Shown in pieces: positions 9,373 through 17,851 of a stretch of 64,000 bases of DNA. Under the pieces are notes generated by a model, which was given only the letters and a program-made list of their open reading frames with translations, had not been told where the DNA came from and searched no databases. Positions within the stretch are counted from its first letter, which is position 1, and each line of letters begins with the position of its first letter. Origin of the DNA: an uncultured Candidatus Saccharibacteria bacterium (GTDB taxonomy: Bacteria; Patescibacteriota; Minisyncoccia; Phycocordibacterales; JAACPR01); assembly GCA_964630375.1 (NCBI GenBank), contig CAZVRT010000003.1:41972-105971 (forward strand). Direction: 5' to 3'. Position numbers and translations under genes: made by a program.

Positions 9373-9867
9373 TTAGTGTAAAAATATAAACTTTATAAAT
9401 GACTTGATACTTTGCCAAAACATCATTTTATTTTCAAAAGTCGGAGCGTGCCCATCTCCAAAAACTTTTTTCTCATTCTCAGTTAAAGGAGTTTCATGAT
9501 TTGGACTACAAAGAGAAGTTGAGTACTCGCCATCGTGTTCATAAACATAAACCAAATATTCCACACCAATTTCCGGAACCCAACCACAAGATGCACTATC
9601 TCGGGCTCCTTTTGTCGTAAACTTTTTTTCAATTTCTCCTTTGTATACAGTCCTAACATCAAAATCAATTTTCTCAGTTCTCATTGAAACTGATTCTGCT
9701 GTGCCAACAAAAACAATACTCGCATTTTCAACACTTTGCTGTATTCCTGATTCAGTTGTATCAATCATCAAACAAGAACACGCATTCGCCTGTTTCGGAC
9801 TAAAAAAATTTCCAATATTTCCTGCAACAAAAACAAATAACAAAGTAAAAATTATTGATTTCTTCAT
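9373..9867 (-). CDS. Secreted TIMP/NTR-like domain protein (putative metalloprotease inhibitor)
   Basis: The signal peptide ends AxA (..KQANA) directly before CSC. The mature Cys pattern is C1, C3, C65, C91, with VFVGTAESV and SASCGW resembling TIMP N-domain motifs. Confidence 0.4.
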   Translation of the reverse strand: MKKSIIFTLLFVFVAGNIGNFFSPKQANACSCLMIDTTESGIQQSVENASIVFVGTAESVSMRTEKIDFDVRTVYKGEIEKKFTTKGARDSASCGWVPEIGVEYLVYVYEHDGEYSTSLCSPNHETPLTENEKKVFGDGHAPTFENKMMFWQSIKSFIKFIFLH

Positions 9868-9886
9868 ATAATTTAATTATACCTCT

Positions 9887-10399
9887 TTATATTTGTGAAT
9901 ATAAATTACCTTTATCAATAAGCCGTTCAAGAATCGCTGATTCATCAGCATCTTCTCGTTGAATCCTTTGTCTTTGTTCTCTCATTGCCACAATAAGTTC
10001 TTCTGGTAACAAAAATCTTATTTCACTTGATGATTCCGGATCATCTTTTGTGCGAGTAGATTCATCTATGGAAATTAAATCACAAAGAAAATATAAAGTT
10101 GTTTTTTCTATAACAACATCACCCATTGAAAATTTCGCAACAATAGGTCCTAAGTATTCAACTACATTACCAATTGCTCCAAACTCTTCCTTGAGACCAC
10201 GCTTAAGTGTTTCCTCTATCGTTTCTCCTAATTCAGGAGTCTCTCTCATAAGAATATAAAAATCATCAAATTCTCCTATTGAAGGATGATTAAAATTTTT
10301 GAAGTAATGTACAGCAACTTCTCCTTTTTCATTACATAAAACAGCTCCTATCGAAAGATGATGTGGGTACTCTTTAGTTGCTTGAAAGTAGTTTCTCAT
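9887..10399 (-). CDS. Nudix hydrolase
   Basis: Nudix box GETIEETLKRGLKEEFGA (Gx5Ex7REUxEExGU). Confidence 0.8.
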   Translation of the reverse strand: MRNYFQATKEYPHHLSIGAVLCNEKGEVAVHYFKNFNHPSIGEFDDFYILMRETPELGETIEETLKRGLKEEFGAIGNVVEYLGPIVAKFSMGDVVIEKTTLYFLCDLISIDESTRTKDDPESSSEIRFLLPEELIVAMREQRQRIQREDADESAILERLIDKGNLYSQI

Positions 10400-10419
10400 A
10401 ATTACTAATAATTCAAAAA

Positions 10420-10863
10420 CTACCTCTCAGCAATCTCCTTGAGTTTATCCAATGCTCTTGGCCACATCTCTTCAAACATATCTTTCCATTCTGCTGGCAC
10501 AATCAAATCAACAATTACTTCAGTACCTTTCTCAGTATCCCTAAATGTATAATTTTCATAACCTTCTTGTCCTTCCACAACAGGCCATGGATTTTTCTCA
10601 CCATTTTTAAGTTCTCCCAAATGTTTTATTGATACAAATTCATACGGTCGATTTGCTGCGATGACTGCATACATACCAGAAACATTGCCATCTTCACTTG
10701 GTCCAATAAATTTTATTTCACTTCCTTCTTCCCAATTTCCATCATAAGTAGAACCTTCTTGAAATGGTGCTACCCACTCATTATAAGTATCTTTTTCAAG
10801 CATAGTGTTCCAAACTTTTTCTCTTGGTGCATTGATAATTGTGCTGAATGTAAGTTTTTCCAT
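10420..10863 (-). CDS. SRPBCC (AHSA1/polyketide-cyclase-like) domain protein
   Basis: 147 aa. The N-terminal FSTIINAPREKVWNTMLE pattern is typical of Aha1/SRPBCC proteins. Confidence 0.55.
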   Translation of the reverse strand: MEKLTFSTIINAPREKVWNTMLEKDTYNEWVAPFQEGSTYDGNWEEGSEIKFIGPSEDGNVSGMYAVIAANRPYEFVSIKHLGELKNGEKNPWPVVEGQEGYENYTFRDTEKGTEVIVDLIVPAEWKDMFEEMWPRALDKLKEIAER

Positions 10864-10949
10864 ATATGAATTTTAGCACGAAGATATAGATGAAACTATT
10901 GTAACAGACTAGTATCTCTCTACACACCGACAAATCTATCACATGACTG

Positions 10950-11020
10950 CTGCTCGACAGGGATTCGAACCCCGGTTCTTGGTGCCAGAAACCAATGTCC
11001 TACCACTAGACGATCGAGCA
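10950..11020 (-). tRNA. tRNA-Gln (anticodon CTG)
   Basis: Hand-folded cloverleaf. Acceptor TGCTCGA / TCGAGCA, T-loop TTCGAAT, anticodon loop TTCTGGC. Confidence 0.8.
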
Positions 11021-11083
11021 ATTATTGAATATTAACAGAAATTTATTAAAAATAAATTTTTCTTTATTTTTTAAAATTTGCAC

Positions 11084-12115
11084 TTATCCCTCAACTGGCA
11101 ATCCTGTAAACGGATCTATTGGTCCAGTTGGCTGAGGTGCGGGAGTTTGTTCTTGTTGTTGATTTTGATTTTGCAATTCTTGAAGAAGCATTTCGCTTTC
11201 AGTTACTTCTCCACTAGGTTGATTCAACATATAAAACCAATATAAAAATCCTCCTATCAATCCCAATAAAATTATTAAAACAAAAACTAACGGCCACGGA
11301 CTTTTTTCAATGTTTTTCGCTCGCTCTTCCGACATAACTTTCTCCATTTCTGGCATCCCTCCAAATCCAACATTTATATATTGCTGAGCTTGAACTTTCG
11401 TTGGCACAAAATCTTGTTGAACTTGTTGCACAACTTCCCCTTGAGCCAATCCTTGTTCATCCAAAACTTTTGGAGTTGTGTGTGCAGTTGTTGCTTGAGC
11501 AGTTTGATTTTCCAACTCACTTGGCAAAGGCACAGTTCCAGGCGCTGGAAGATTTTGTGCTGGCGTCGATACATTAGAAGCAAAATCAGATCCGACTTGA
11601 GTTTTAATTTCTTGTTCAATTTGCGAATCTGCTTGCAAATCTATTTTTGGCTCACCTGATACATTTGGCACAACTTCAGAAACAGGCTTAAAAACTGGTT
11701 CAGATATTGGTGCAGGTGTAGGTATTGTACGAACCTGAGCCTGAGATTCTGGTTTCAACAAAATATCTTTTGCTGTCTGAGTATTTGTTCCAACATTCAT
11801 AAATTTTTGAATGTCACCCTCAAGTGAAGATTGCGCACTTGATGATTCCGGCTTTTTTTCAAAACCAACTGGAACAAAATCTGGACGCACTTGTGGTTTT
11901 TCAAAATCACGACTATAAGGGTGAGAATATTTTGGTGCCTCAACAACAGTTGTCATTGGAGTCGGAGTAGCAGTACTTCGATATTGAGAAAACAAATCAC
12001 TAATGTCAGCATCTTGAAAACCTTGTTTCAAAAGAATGTCGCGAATATCTTCATAGTCACGCCCTTGCGCCAAACTACTTTCAATAACGACTTGTAATTG
12101 TTTTGTTAAAATCAT
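11084..12115 (-). CDS. Hypothetical Pro/Gln/Thr-rich protein with a C-terminal transmembrane anchor
   Basis: Long low-complexity ORF with one TM segment (WPLVFVLIILLGLIGGFLYWFY) near the C-terminus. No recognisable catalytic motif. Confidence 0.4.
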   Translation of the reverse strand: MILTKQLQVVIESSLAQGRDYEDIRDILLKQGFQDADISDLFSQYRSTATPTPMTTVVEAPKYSHPYSRDFEKPQVRPDFVPVGFEKKPESSSAQSSLEGDIQKFMNVGTNTQTAKDILLKPESQAQVRTIPTPAPISEPVFKPVSEVVPNVSGEPKIDLQADSQIEQEIKTQVGSDFASNVSTPAQNLPAPGTVPLPSELENQTAQATTAHTTPKVLDEQGLAQGEVVQQVQQDFVPTKVQAQQYINVGFGGMPEMEKVMSEERAKNIEKSPWPLVFVLIILLGLIGGFLYWFYMLNQPSGEVTESEMLLQELQNQNQQQEQTPAPQPTGPIDPFTGLPVEG

Positions 12116-12136
12116 TTAAATATTATAGTCTATTTT

Positions 12137-13774
12137 TTACTTTTTATTTTTTGCAGCTTTTACAAAAGCTGTAAAAAGTGGATGTGGCGATAAAGGTCGT
12201 GCTTTAAATTCCGGATGAAATTGCGCTCCCAACATAAACGGATGATCTTTTTTTGGCAGTTCAGCAATTTCCATCAACCTTTTATCTTTTGATGTTCCAG
12301 AAAAAATCAACCCAGCGTCTTCTAGTTGTGCTATATATTCTGGATTAACTTCATACCGATGTCTGTGTCTTTCCGTAATCAAAGATTGTCCGTACGCTTT
12401 TTCAGCAATTGTATCTCTTCGCAAAAAACAAGGATACGCGCCGAGTCTCATTGTTCCGCCAAATTCTCCACGAGCAATTTTTTCTTTTTGATCAGGCATC
12501 ATATCGATAACACAATGCTTTGCATCAGGATTTATCTCAGCAGTTTGTGCATTTTTCAAACCAACAACATTTCTTGCGTATTCAATTGTCATCAACTGCA
12601 TTCCATAACAAAGACCCAAATACGGAATTTTATTTTCACGCACAAATTTTATAGCAGCCATCTTCCCTTCAATTCCAGTTTCTCCGAATCCGCCCGGCAC
12701 GATAACACCATCAAAGTTCGCCAACTCTTTTACCAACTTTGGATTGTCATCATACTTTTTAGAATTTATCCAAGTTAATTCTGGTTTTACATTTTCATAA
12801 TACGCAGAATATTTTAGTGCCTCAATCACAGACAAATATGAATCCGACAAAACAAAATCTCCTGTATCAAAATATTTTCCAACTACTGCGATTTTCAAAA
12901 TTCCTTTTGTATTTTTTGTTTTTGTTAAAAACTTTTTCCAATCAGACAAATCAGGTTTTTTATTTTTTAGCTTCAACTTTTGAGCAATCATTTCGCCGAT
13001 TTTATCTTTTTCAAAATTTGTTGGTACGTCATAAATACTTTCAATATCCGGCGCAGAAATTACATTTTCTTTTCGCACATTACATTGAATTGCCAACTTT
13101 TCTTTTCTTCTTGAATCAAGTGGAACAGTACTTCTGGCAATAATAAAATCTGCTTGAATACCATAAGAATTTAATTGTCGTACTGCATTTTGAGTTGGTT
13201 TTGTTTTCATTTCTCCAAGTGTCCCCGGAACCGGCAAGTAACTCACCATGATAAACAAAACATCATCTGGTTGCTTTACTTTCAAAACTCTCGCAGCTTC
13301 CATAAACATGCTGTTTTGATAATCCCCGATTGTTCCTCCAATCTCCACAAGAGTTACATCTGATTTATTCAATTCACCAGATTTTTCGTATCGATAAATT
13401 ATTTCATCTCGAATATGCGGAATCGCTTCAACACACTTTCCTCCATATTTTCCCTGACGCTCTTTATCAATAACTTTTTTATAAACCATCCCAGAAGTCA
13501 GATAGTCAGCAGTAATCAAATCACGATTTAAAAATCTTTCGTAATTTCCCATGTCTTGATCAGTTTCGAGACCAGAATCCATAACAAAAGTCTCTCCGTG
13601 TTCAGTAGGATTCATTGTTCCTGCATCAACGTTCAAGTAAGGATCAACTTTCATCAAGTTCACCTTATTCCCCATAGATTGAAGAATAGTTCCGATCGAG
13701 GCCGTACTTATACCTTTGCCTACTCCTGACATCACTCCTCCGACAACAAAGATATATTTATGACCTTTCTTCAT
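12137..13774 (-). CDS. pyrG: CTP synthase
   Basis: N-terminal YIFVVGGVMSGVGKG synthetase domain, plus the C-terminal GATase motif with GLCYGMQ. Confidence 0.95.
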   Translation of the reverse strand: MKKGHKYIFVVGGVMSGVGKGISTASIGTILQSMGNKVNLMKVDPYLNVDAGTMNPTEHGETFVMDSGLETDQDMGNYERFLNRDLITADYLTSGMVYKKVIDKERQGKYGGKCVEAIPHIRDEIIYRYEKSGELNKSDVTLVEIGGTIGDYQNSMFMEAARVLKVKQPDDVLFIMVSYLPVPGTLGEMKTKPTQNAVRQLNSYGIQADFIIARSTVPLDSRRKEKLAIQCNVRKENVISAPDIESIYDVPTNFEKDKIGEMIAQKLKLKNKKPDLSDWKKFLTKTKNTKGILKIAVVGKYFDTGDFVLSDSYLSVIEALKYSAYYENVKPELTWINSKKYDDNPKLVKELANFDGVIVPGGFGETGIEGKMAAIKFVRENKIPYLGLCYGMQLMTIEYARNVVGLKNAQTAEINPDAKHCVIDMMPDQKEKIARGEFGGTMRLGAYPCFLRRDTIAEKAYGQSLITERHRHRYEVNPEYIAQLEDAGLIFSGTSKDKRLMEIAELPKKDHPFMLGAQFHPEFKARPLSPHPLFTAFVKAAKNKK

Positions 13775-13776
13775 GC

Positions 13777-14697
13777 TTATCTGATTCTTAAGTATCGTTT
13801 AATTGCTAAATAACTTGAAACCGAACCAATGAATATTCCAGAACCAACAATGATTAGGAACATTTGGAAGAATGAACCGATGTAGTATTCAAAAAGATTT
13901 GTTTGAACGAAGAATCTTTCTGTTATCGGACCAAGCCAAAATGTTACCGGCCAGAAAATAATTAGAGTCAGCACCGAAGAAACAATTCCATACATTGCAC
14001 CGGTAACCAAAAACGGACCTGTAATGTAGTTTCCAGAAGCACCAACAAGTTTCATTACATTAATTTCATCTCGAGAAATGTACATTGCAAGACGAATTGT
14101 ATTTAAAGTAATTAGAATTGAGATAATTATAAATACAATTGTTATAATCGCACCAAGTTTTTCTCCAGCTTCAATAATTTGACTCAATTGATTGATTGCA
14201 TTTTTGTTGTTGAAATAGTTTACATCTTCAACAAGACTTGTTCCCAAAGGATAATTTTGTTGAAGGAAATTTGCGACTCCTTCATATTGAGATGGTTGTT
14301 TTGCTTTGACATTCAACACAGCTCCCAGTGGATTATCATCAAGCTCGTTTAGAGCATCAAGAGTTTTTTGATCGTTCTTATGCCTTTCTCGGAAATTGTC
14401 TAAAGCAACATCTCTGGAGATATAAGTTACATAATCAACTTCAGGCAAGTTTTCAATAGATTCTTTAATCGCCAAAATTTCGTTTTCAGGCGCATCTGTG
14501 ACAAAGTAAACGTTGATATCAACTTTTTCTTCAATAGATACTAAAGATTTTTTCAACATTGCACTTGAGAAAATGACTGTACCAATTACAAACAAAGTTA
14601 TAACCATCACCAATACAGCAGACAAAGAGACTACCGCATTTCTCCAAAACTGTACGAAACCTGTTCTAAATATTCTTTTTAAATTTAACATCAACAT
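13777..14697 (-). CDS. ftsX: FtsX-like permease
   Basis: Four-TM FtsX-like permease topology, directly downstream of ftsE with a 3-nt gap. Confidence 0.8.
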   Translation of the reverse strand: MLMLNLKRIFRTGFVQFWRNAVVSLSAVLVMVITLFVIGTVIFSSAMLKKSLVSIEEKVDINVYFVTDAPENEILAIKESIENLPEVDYVTYISRDVALDNFRERHKNDQKTLDALNELDDNPLGAVLNVKAKQPSQYEGVANFLQQNYPLGTSLVEDVNYFNNKNAINQLSQIIEAGEKLGAIITIVFIIISILITLNTIRLAMYISRDEINVMKLVGASGNYITGPFLVTGAMYGIVSSVLTLIIFWPVTFWLGPITERFFVQTNLFEYYIGSFFQMFLIIVGSGIFIGSVSSYLAIKRYLRIR

Positions 14698-14699
14698 AA

Positions 14700-15380
14700 T
14701 TACAAAATATATTTACCTGAAAAATCATCACGAATAATTCTACCATTTTCAACCGTTACCACTCTCTTTTCAAGAGAATCGATAATGTGTTTGTTGTGAG
14801 TTGTCAAAATGACTGTTGTTCCAAGATCGTTAATCTTTTTTAGAATTTGAATAATATCTTGAGTGTTTACTGGATCCAAGTTTCCTGTTGGTTCGTCAGC
14901 AACCAAAATATCTGGTTGATTTACAATCGCTCTTGCAATTGCAACTCTTTGTTGTTCTCCACCAGAAAGTTCATTTGGAAAGTTCCAAGCTTTTTTTGTA
15001 AGCCCAACTAGTTCAAGAGCATGCGGAACATCTTCACGAATTTCTTCATCTGTTCTACCTGCAACCTCCATCGCAAAAGCAATGTTTTCAAAAACTGTCT
15101 TGTTTGAAATCAAACGAAAGTCTTGGAAAATTGTTCCGATATTTCGTCTAAGTTGGCAGACTTGATGGTGCTTCAAACAATGAATATCCAAAGATTCAAA
15201 TAAAACCTTTCCATCGCTTGGAAGTTCTTCCGCCAAAAGAAGTTTTATTAAAGTAGTTTTACCTGCTCCAGAGTGACCAACAATAGATACAAATTCACCT
15301 GGCTCAATCTTTAGATCAACATTTTCCAATGCAACCGTATCGTCTGAATATATTTTTGTAACGTTATCAAAGTAAATCAT
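14700..15380 (-). CDS. ftsE: FtsE ABC ATPase
   Basis: Walker A GHSGAGKTTL, signature LSGGEQQRVAIARA, Walker B ILVADEPTGNLD. Confidence 0.9.
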   Translation of the reverse strand: MIYFDNVTKIYSDDTVALENVDLKIEPGEFVSIVGHSGAGKTTLIKLLLAEELPSDGKVLFESLDIHCLKHHQVCQLRRNIGTIFQDFRLISNKTVFENIAFAMEVAGRTDEEIREDVPHALELVGLTKKAWNFPNELSGGEQQRVAIARAIVNQPDILVADEPTGNLDPVNTQDIIQILKKINDLGTTVILTTHNKHIIDSLEKRVVTVENGRIIRDDFSGKYIL

Positions 15381-16251
15381 TTTGTTTTGCTGATTCTATA
15401 AATTCGTCTAATTCTCCTCCTAAAATTTTCTCCACATCTCGAACTTCAAAATTTGTTCTGTGATCCTTTACCATTTGATAAGGATGTAAAACATAAGAAC
15501 GAATTTGGTTTCCCCATTTTGCGTCAGTCACTTTTGAAATTTGCATACCGCGTTCTTTTTCCAATCGTTCTTGTTCTCTAAGATTATACACTTTTCCTCG
15601 AATCAGTTCCAATGCTTTTTCCTTATTTTGCAACTGGCTTCTTTCAGAATCAATAAAAGCTGTTAATTTAGTTGGTTTATGCACGACACGCACCGCAGTT
15701 TCTCTTTTATTTACATTTTGTCCTCCTGGACCGCTTGATTTTGTAAAATCAATTTCTAGTTCATCTTCAGGAATTTCAAAGTCAGTAATTTTTTCCATTT
15801 TTGGAATTACTTCAACCATAACAAAAGAAGTGTGTCTTTGTGATGCGGAATTGAAAGGTGAAATGCGAACAAGTCGGTGAACGCCGGACTCATATTTCAG
15901 CGTGCCATAAACATTTTTACCATCAATCTCATAGGTCAAATTTCTGTATCCGCCGACCGTGTTTTTATTTTCATGCAAAAGAGTTACGCTCCAATTTTTT
16001 GACTTCGCAAAAGAAAAATACATTTCTGCCAACATTCGCGCAAAATCTTCAGCATCATCACCTCCTGCACCTGCAAAAATTGTTAAGTGAGCTCCGCCTC
16101 TGTCATATTTTCCAAAACCTTGTAGCTCGTCTTTGAGTTCTTGCAACTCGCGAATCATTTGTTGCGCCGCATCTTTATCAGACCAAAAATCACCTTGCAT
16201 CATCGCAGATTCAATTTCTTTTATTCGAGCATCTATTTCAGATTTTTGCAT
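15367..16251 (-). CDS. prfB: Peptide chain release factor 2, a short form. Start set at MQKSEID; the track's N-terminal extension overlaps tRNA-Thr.
   Basis: SPF tripeptide (ISPFNSASQRHTSF) and GGQ motif (SGPGGQNVNK). Domain 1 is about 70-85 aa shorter than in E. coli RF2. No CUU UGA frameshift site is visible. Confidence 0.8.
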   Translation of the reverse strand: MQKSEIDARIKEIESAMMQGDFWSDKDAAQQMIRELQELKDELQGFGKYDRGGAHLTIFAGAGGDDAEDFARMLAEMYFSFAKSKNWSVTLLHENKNTVGGYRNLTYEIDGKNVYGTLKYESGVHRLVRISPFNSASQRHTSFVMVEVIPKMEKITDFEIPEDELEIDFTKSSGPGGQNVNKRETAVRVVHKPTKLTAFIDSERSQLQNKEKALELIRGKVYNLREQERLEKERGMQISKVTDAKWGNQIRSYVLHPYQMVKDHRTNFEVRDVEKILGGELDEFIESAKQNDLL

Positions 16252-16277
16252 ATTAAAAGATAGTATCACAAATCTTG

Positions 16278-16349
16278 AGCCGTTACCGAGGATTGAACTC
16301 GAGACCTCTTCATTACCAATGAAGTGCTCTACCACTGAGCTATAACGGC
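16278..16349 (-). tRNA. tRNA-Thr (anticodon GGT)
   Basis: Acceptor GCCGTTA / TAACGGC, D-loop AGTGGTA, anticodon loop TTGGTAA, T-loop TTCAATC. Confidence 0.8.
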
Positions 16350-16397
16350 GTAAAAGTATATTACATAATTTTTAAGAAAGAAGAAATTAAAAAATTT

Positions 16398-16436
16398 AAA
16401 AGAAAAAAGCGCGTCGACAAAGTCGACGCGCTTTGA
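16398..16436 (-). terminator. GC-rich perfect palindrome terminator after the SLT-like gene
   Basis: AAAGCGCGTCGAC AA GTCGACGCGCTTT, followed by a T-run on the minus strand. Confidence 0.6.
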
Positions 16437-16455
16437 ATTGTTGATTGTTATCCCC

Positions 16456-17679
16456 TCACCTAGTCGCTACATAGCTCGTAGATTCAGGAGTGTGATGTTG
16501 TGGTACAGCCTGACCAGGCCAAAGCACAGCCAGGCCACCGATGGATTCAAGAGAAGTCTCTCCTTCATCCCACGAAGGAAGTTCGAACTTTGCACCTCCC
16601 GCTTTTGAATACTGAGACTCAAGAGTTTCTGCTTCTTTTGCTCCGGCAGGACCAAAGAACACCAAGCCGTCTTGATCGGGGTTTTGAATCCCGAGAGTGG
16701 TAAGAAGCTTGTCTCCCCCCTTCTCGTCATACCCTTTAACCGAAGGAAGGTTTTGCACCACCTGTTCAAGATACTGCTTTACCCCCTTCCGGTTATCACC
16801 ATGGAAGTAGCCGTAGGCACGCTTATATTTCAAAGCACCGGTAGGACCGGCATTCCAACAGCGGGAAATCCACTCGAAGTTTTGTCCCTGACAGTGCTCG
16901 AAAACCCAAGCTTGGAAAACAAGCTCCGAAAGAGCCAGATCTCCGTGAAAGTCTGGTCCGATCAAGCCAAAACCTTTAACAGCATCCACCGAGCGATAAG
17001 CCCGTTGAGAAATCTGCAATGGTCCATGAGCTTTCTCGTATCCTTTCATACTGCGGTCACCCAAGCAAGTCAGATTGATCATCCCCTTTTTGTCATCATC
17101 GCAAGTTTCCCTGCAAATGATAGCCACAATTTCTTGCGGCGAAAGAAGGCGCCGGTACTTACCACTCTCGAAAAGTGCATTGAGATGCTCTTTGGCATCC
17201 ACAACTCGCTTCTCGACATTTTTCAGAGCAGTCGGCTCAAAGAATCCGGGAGTGGTAAGCCACTTGAAAACATTGTCTGCGGTTACCCGAACAGGATTCC
17301 GTTTCTGAGCATTACTTTTCTCCCTTTCCGGGTATTCCCCAAGAAAGTTTTGCTCTTCTTCAAGCCTCCGCTTTTCAGCGGCTTCTTGAAAAAGTTGCTC
17401 ACGGGACACAGTTCGGACAATGACCCTAGGAAGGGATTGCACCGCTTCTTCTTGCGGAACCAGCTGGCTGAAAACCCGCTCCTCTTCTTCATGAAGAATC
17501 TGGGGCTTCTCGAGAATCCTTGAATTGTCGTAAAACAAAACTTCGACAGCCTCGCTCTTGGACACAGAATTCAGAGAATTCATCTTGTGCTTCACCAGCA
17601 CTCCGAGGACTCCACAAAAGAATCCCGTGAGGCTGACAAGAAACACAACAACAATCTTGTTTGAAAAGAACTTTTCCAT
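16456..17679 (-). CDS. Membrane-anchored SLT-domain (GH23-like) lytic transglycosylase, compositionally foreign
   Basis: N-terminal TM segment. Motifs ICRETCDD...GPLQISQRAY...CWNAGPTG resemble SLT E...GLMQ...AYNAG. The gene is about 50% GC against about 30-35% in its neighbours. The plus-strand ORFs inside it are GC artefacts. Confidence 0.5.
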   Translation of the reverse strand: MEKFFSNKIVVVFLVSLTGFFCGVLGVLVKHKMNSLNSVSKSEAVEVLFYDNSRILEKPQILHEEEERVFSQLVPQEEAVQSLPRVIVRTVSREQLFQEAAEKRRLEEEQNFLGEYPEREKSNAQKRNPVRVTADNVFKWLTTPGFFEPTALKNVEKRVVDAKEHLNALFESGKYRRLLSPQEIVAIICRETCDDDKKGMINLTCLGDRSMKGYEKAHGPLQISQRAYRSVDAVKGFGLIGPDFHGDLALSELVFQAWVFEHCQGQNFEWISRCWNAGPTGALKYKRAYGYFHGDNRKGVKQYLEQVVQNLPSVKGYDEKGGDKLLTTLGIQNPDQDGLVFFGPAGAKEAETLESQYSKAGGAKFELPSWDEGETSLESIGGLAVLWPGQAVPQHHTPESTSYVATR

Positions 17680-17803
17680 TTCTCTTATCTTTCTATATTT
17701 TGGTTTTGAGGTTTGAAATTTGATTTCCCGTCTATTTTAGCATATTTTTTGACAAAAGTCAACCTATATTGTGCTATAAAAACCATGTTTGAAGCCCTAA
17801 AAC

Positions 17804-17835
17804 AAAAAAGCCTCTTAAAAGAGGCTTTTTTGTTT
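17804..17835 (-). terminator. Terminator hairpin after the giant surface protein gene
   Basis: aaaaaagcctcttaaaagaggctttttt: stem AGCCTCTT/AAGAGGCT flanked by A and T runs. Confidence 0.6.
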
Positions 17836-17851
17836 ACTTTAGTTTTCTGGT

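Noticed and set aside
15367-16335. The 28-aa N-terminal extension of the prfB ORF as listed in the track
   Set aside because: It runs straight through the tRNA-Thr gene (16278-16349). The RF2 start is the internal ATG at 16251.
16672-17523. 283-aa plus-strand ORF, and other long ORFs on both strands inside the GC-rich island
   Set aside because: Low-complexity translation with no motifs. Long open frames are expected by chance at about 50% GC. The minus-strand ORF has a TM anchor and SLT-like motifs.
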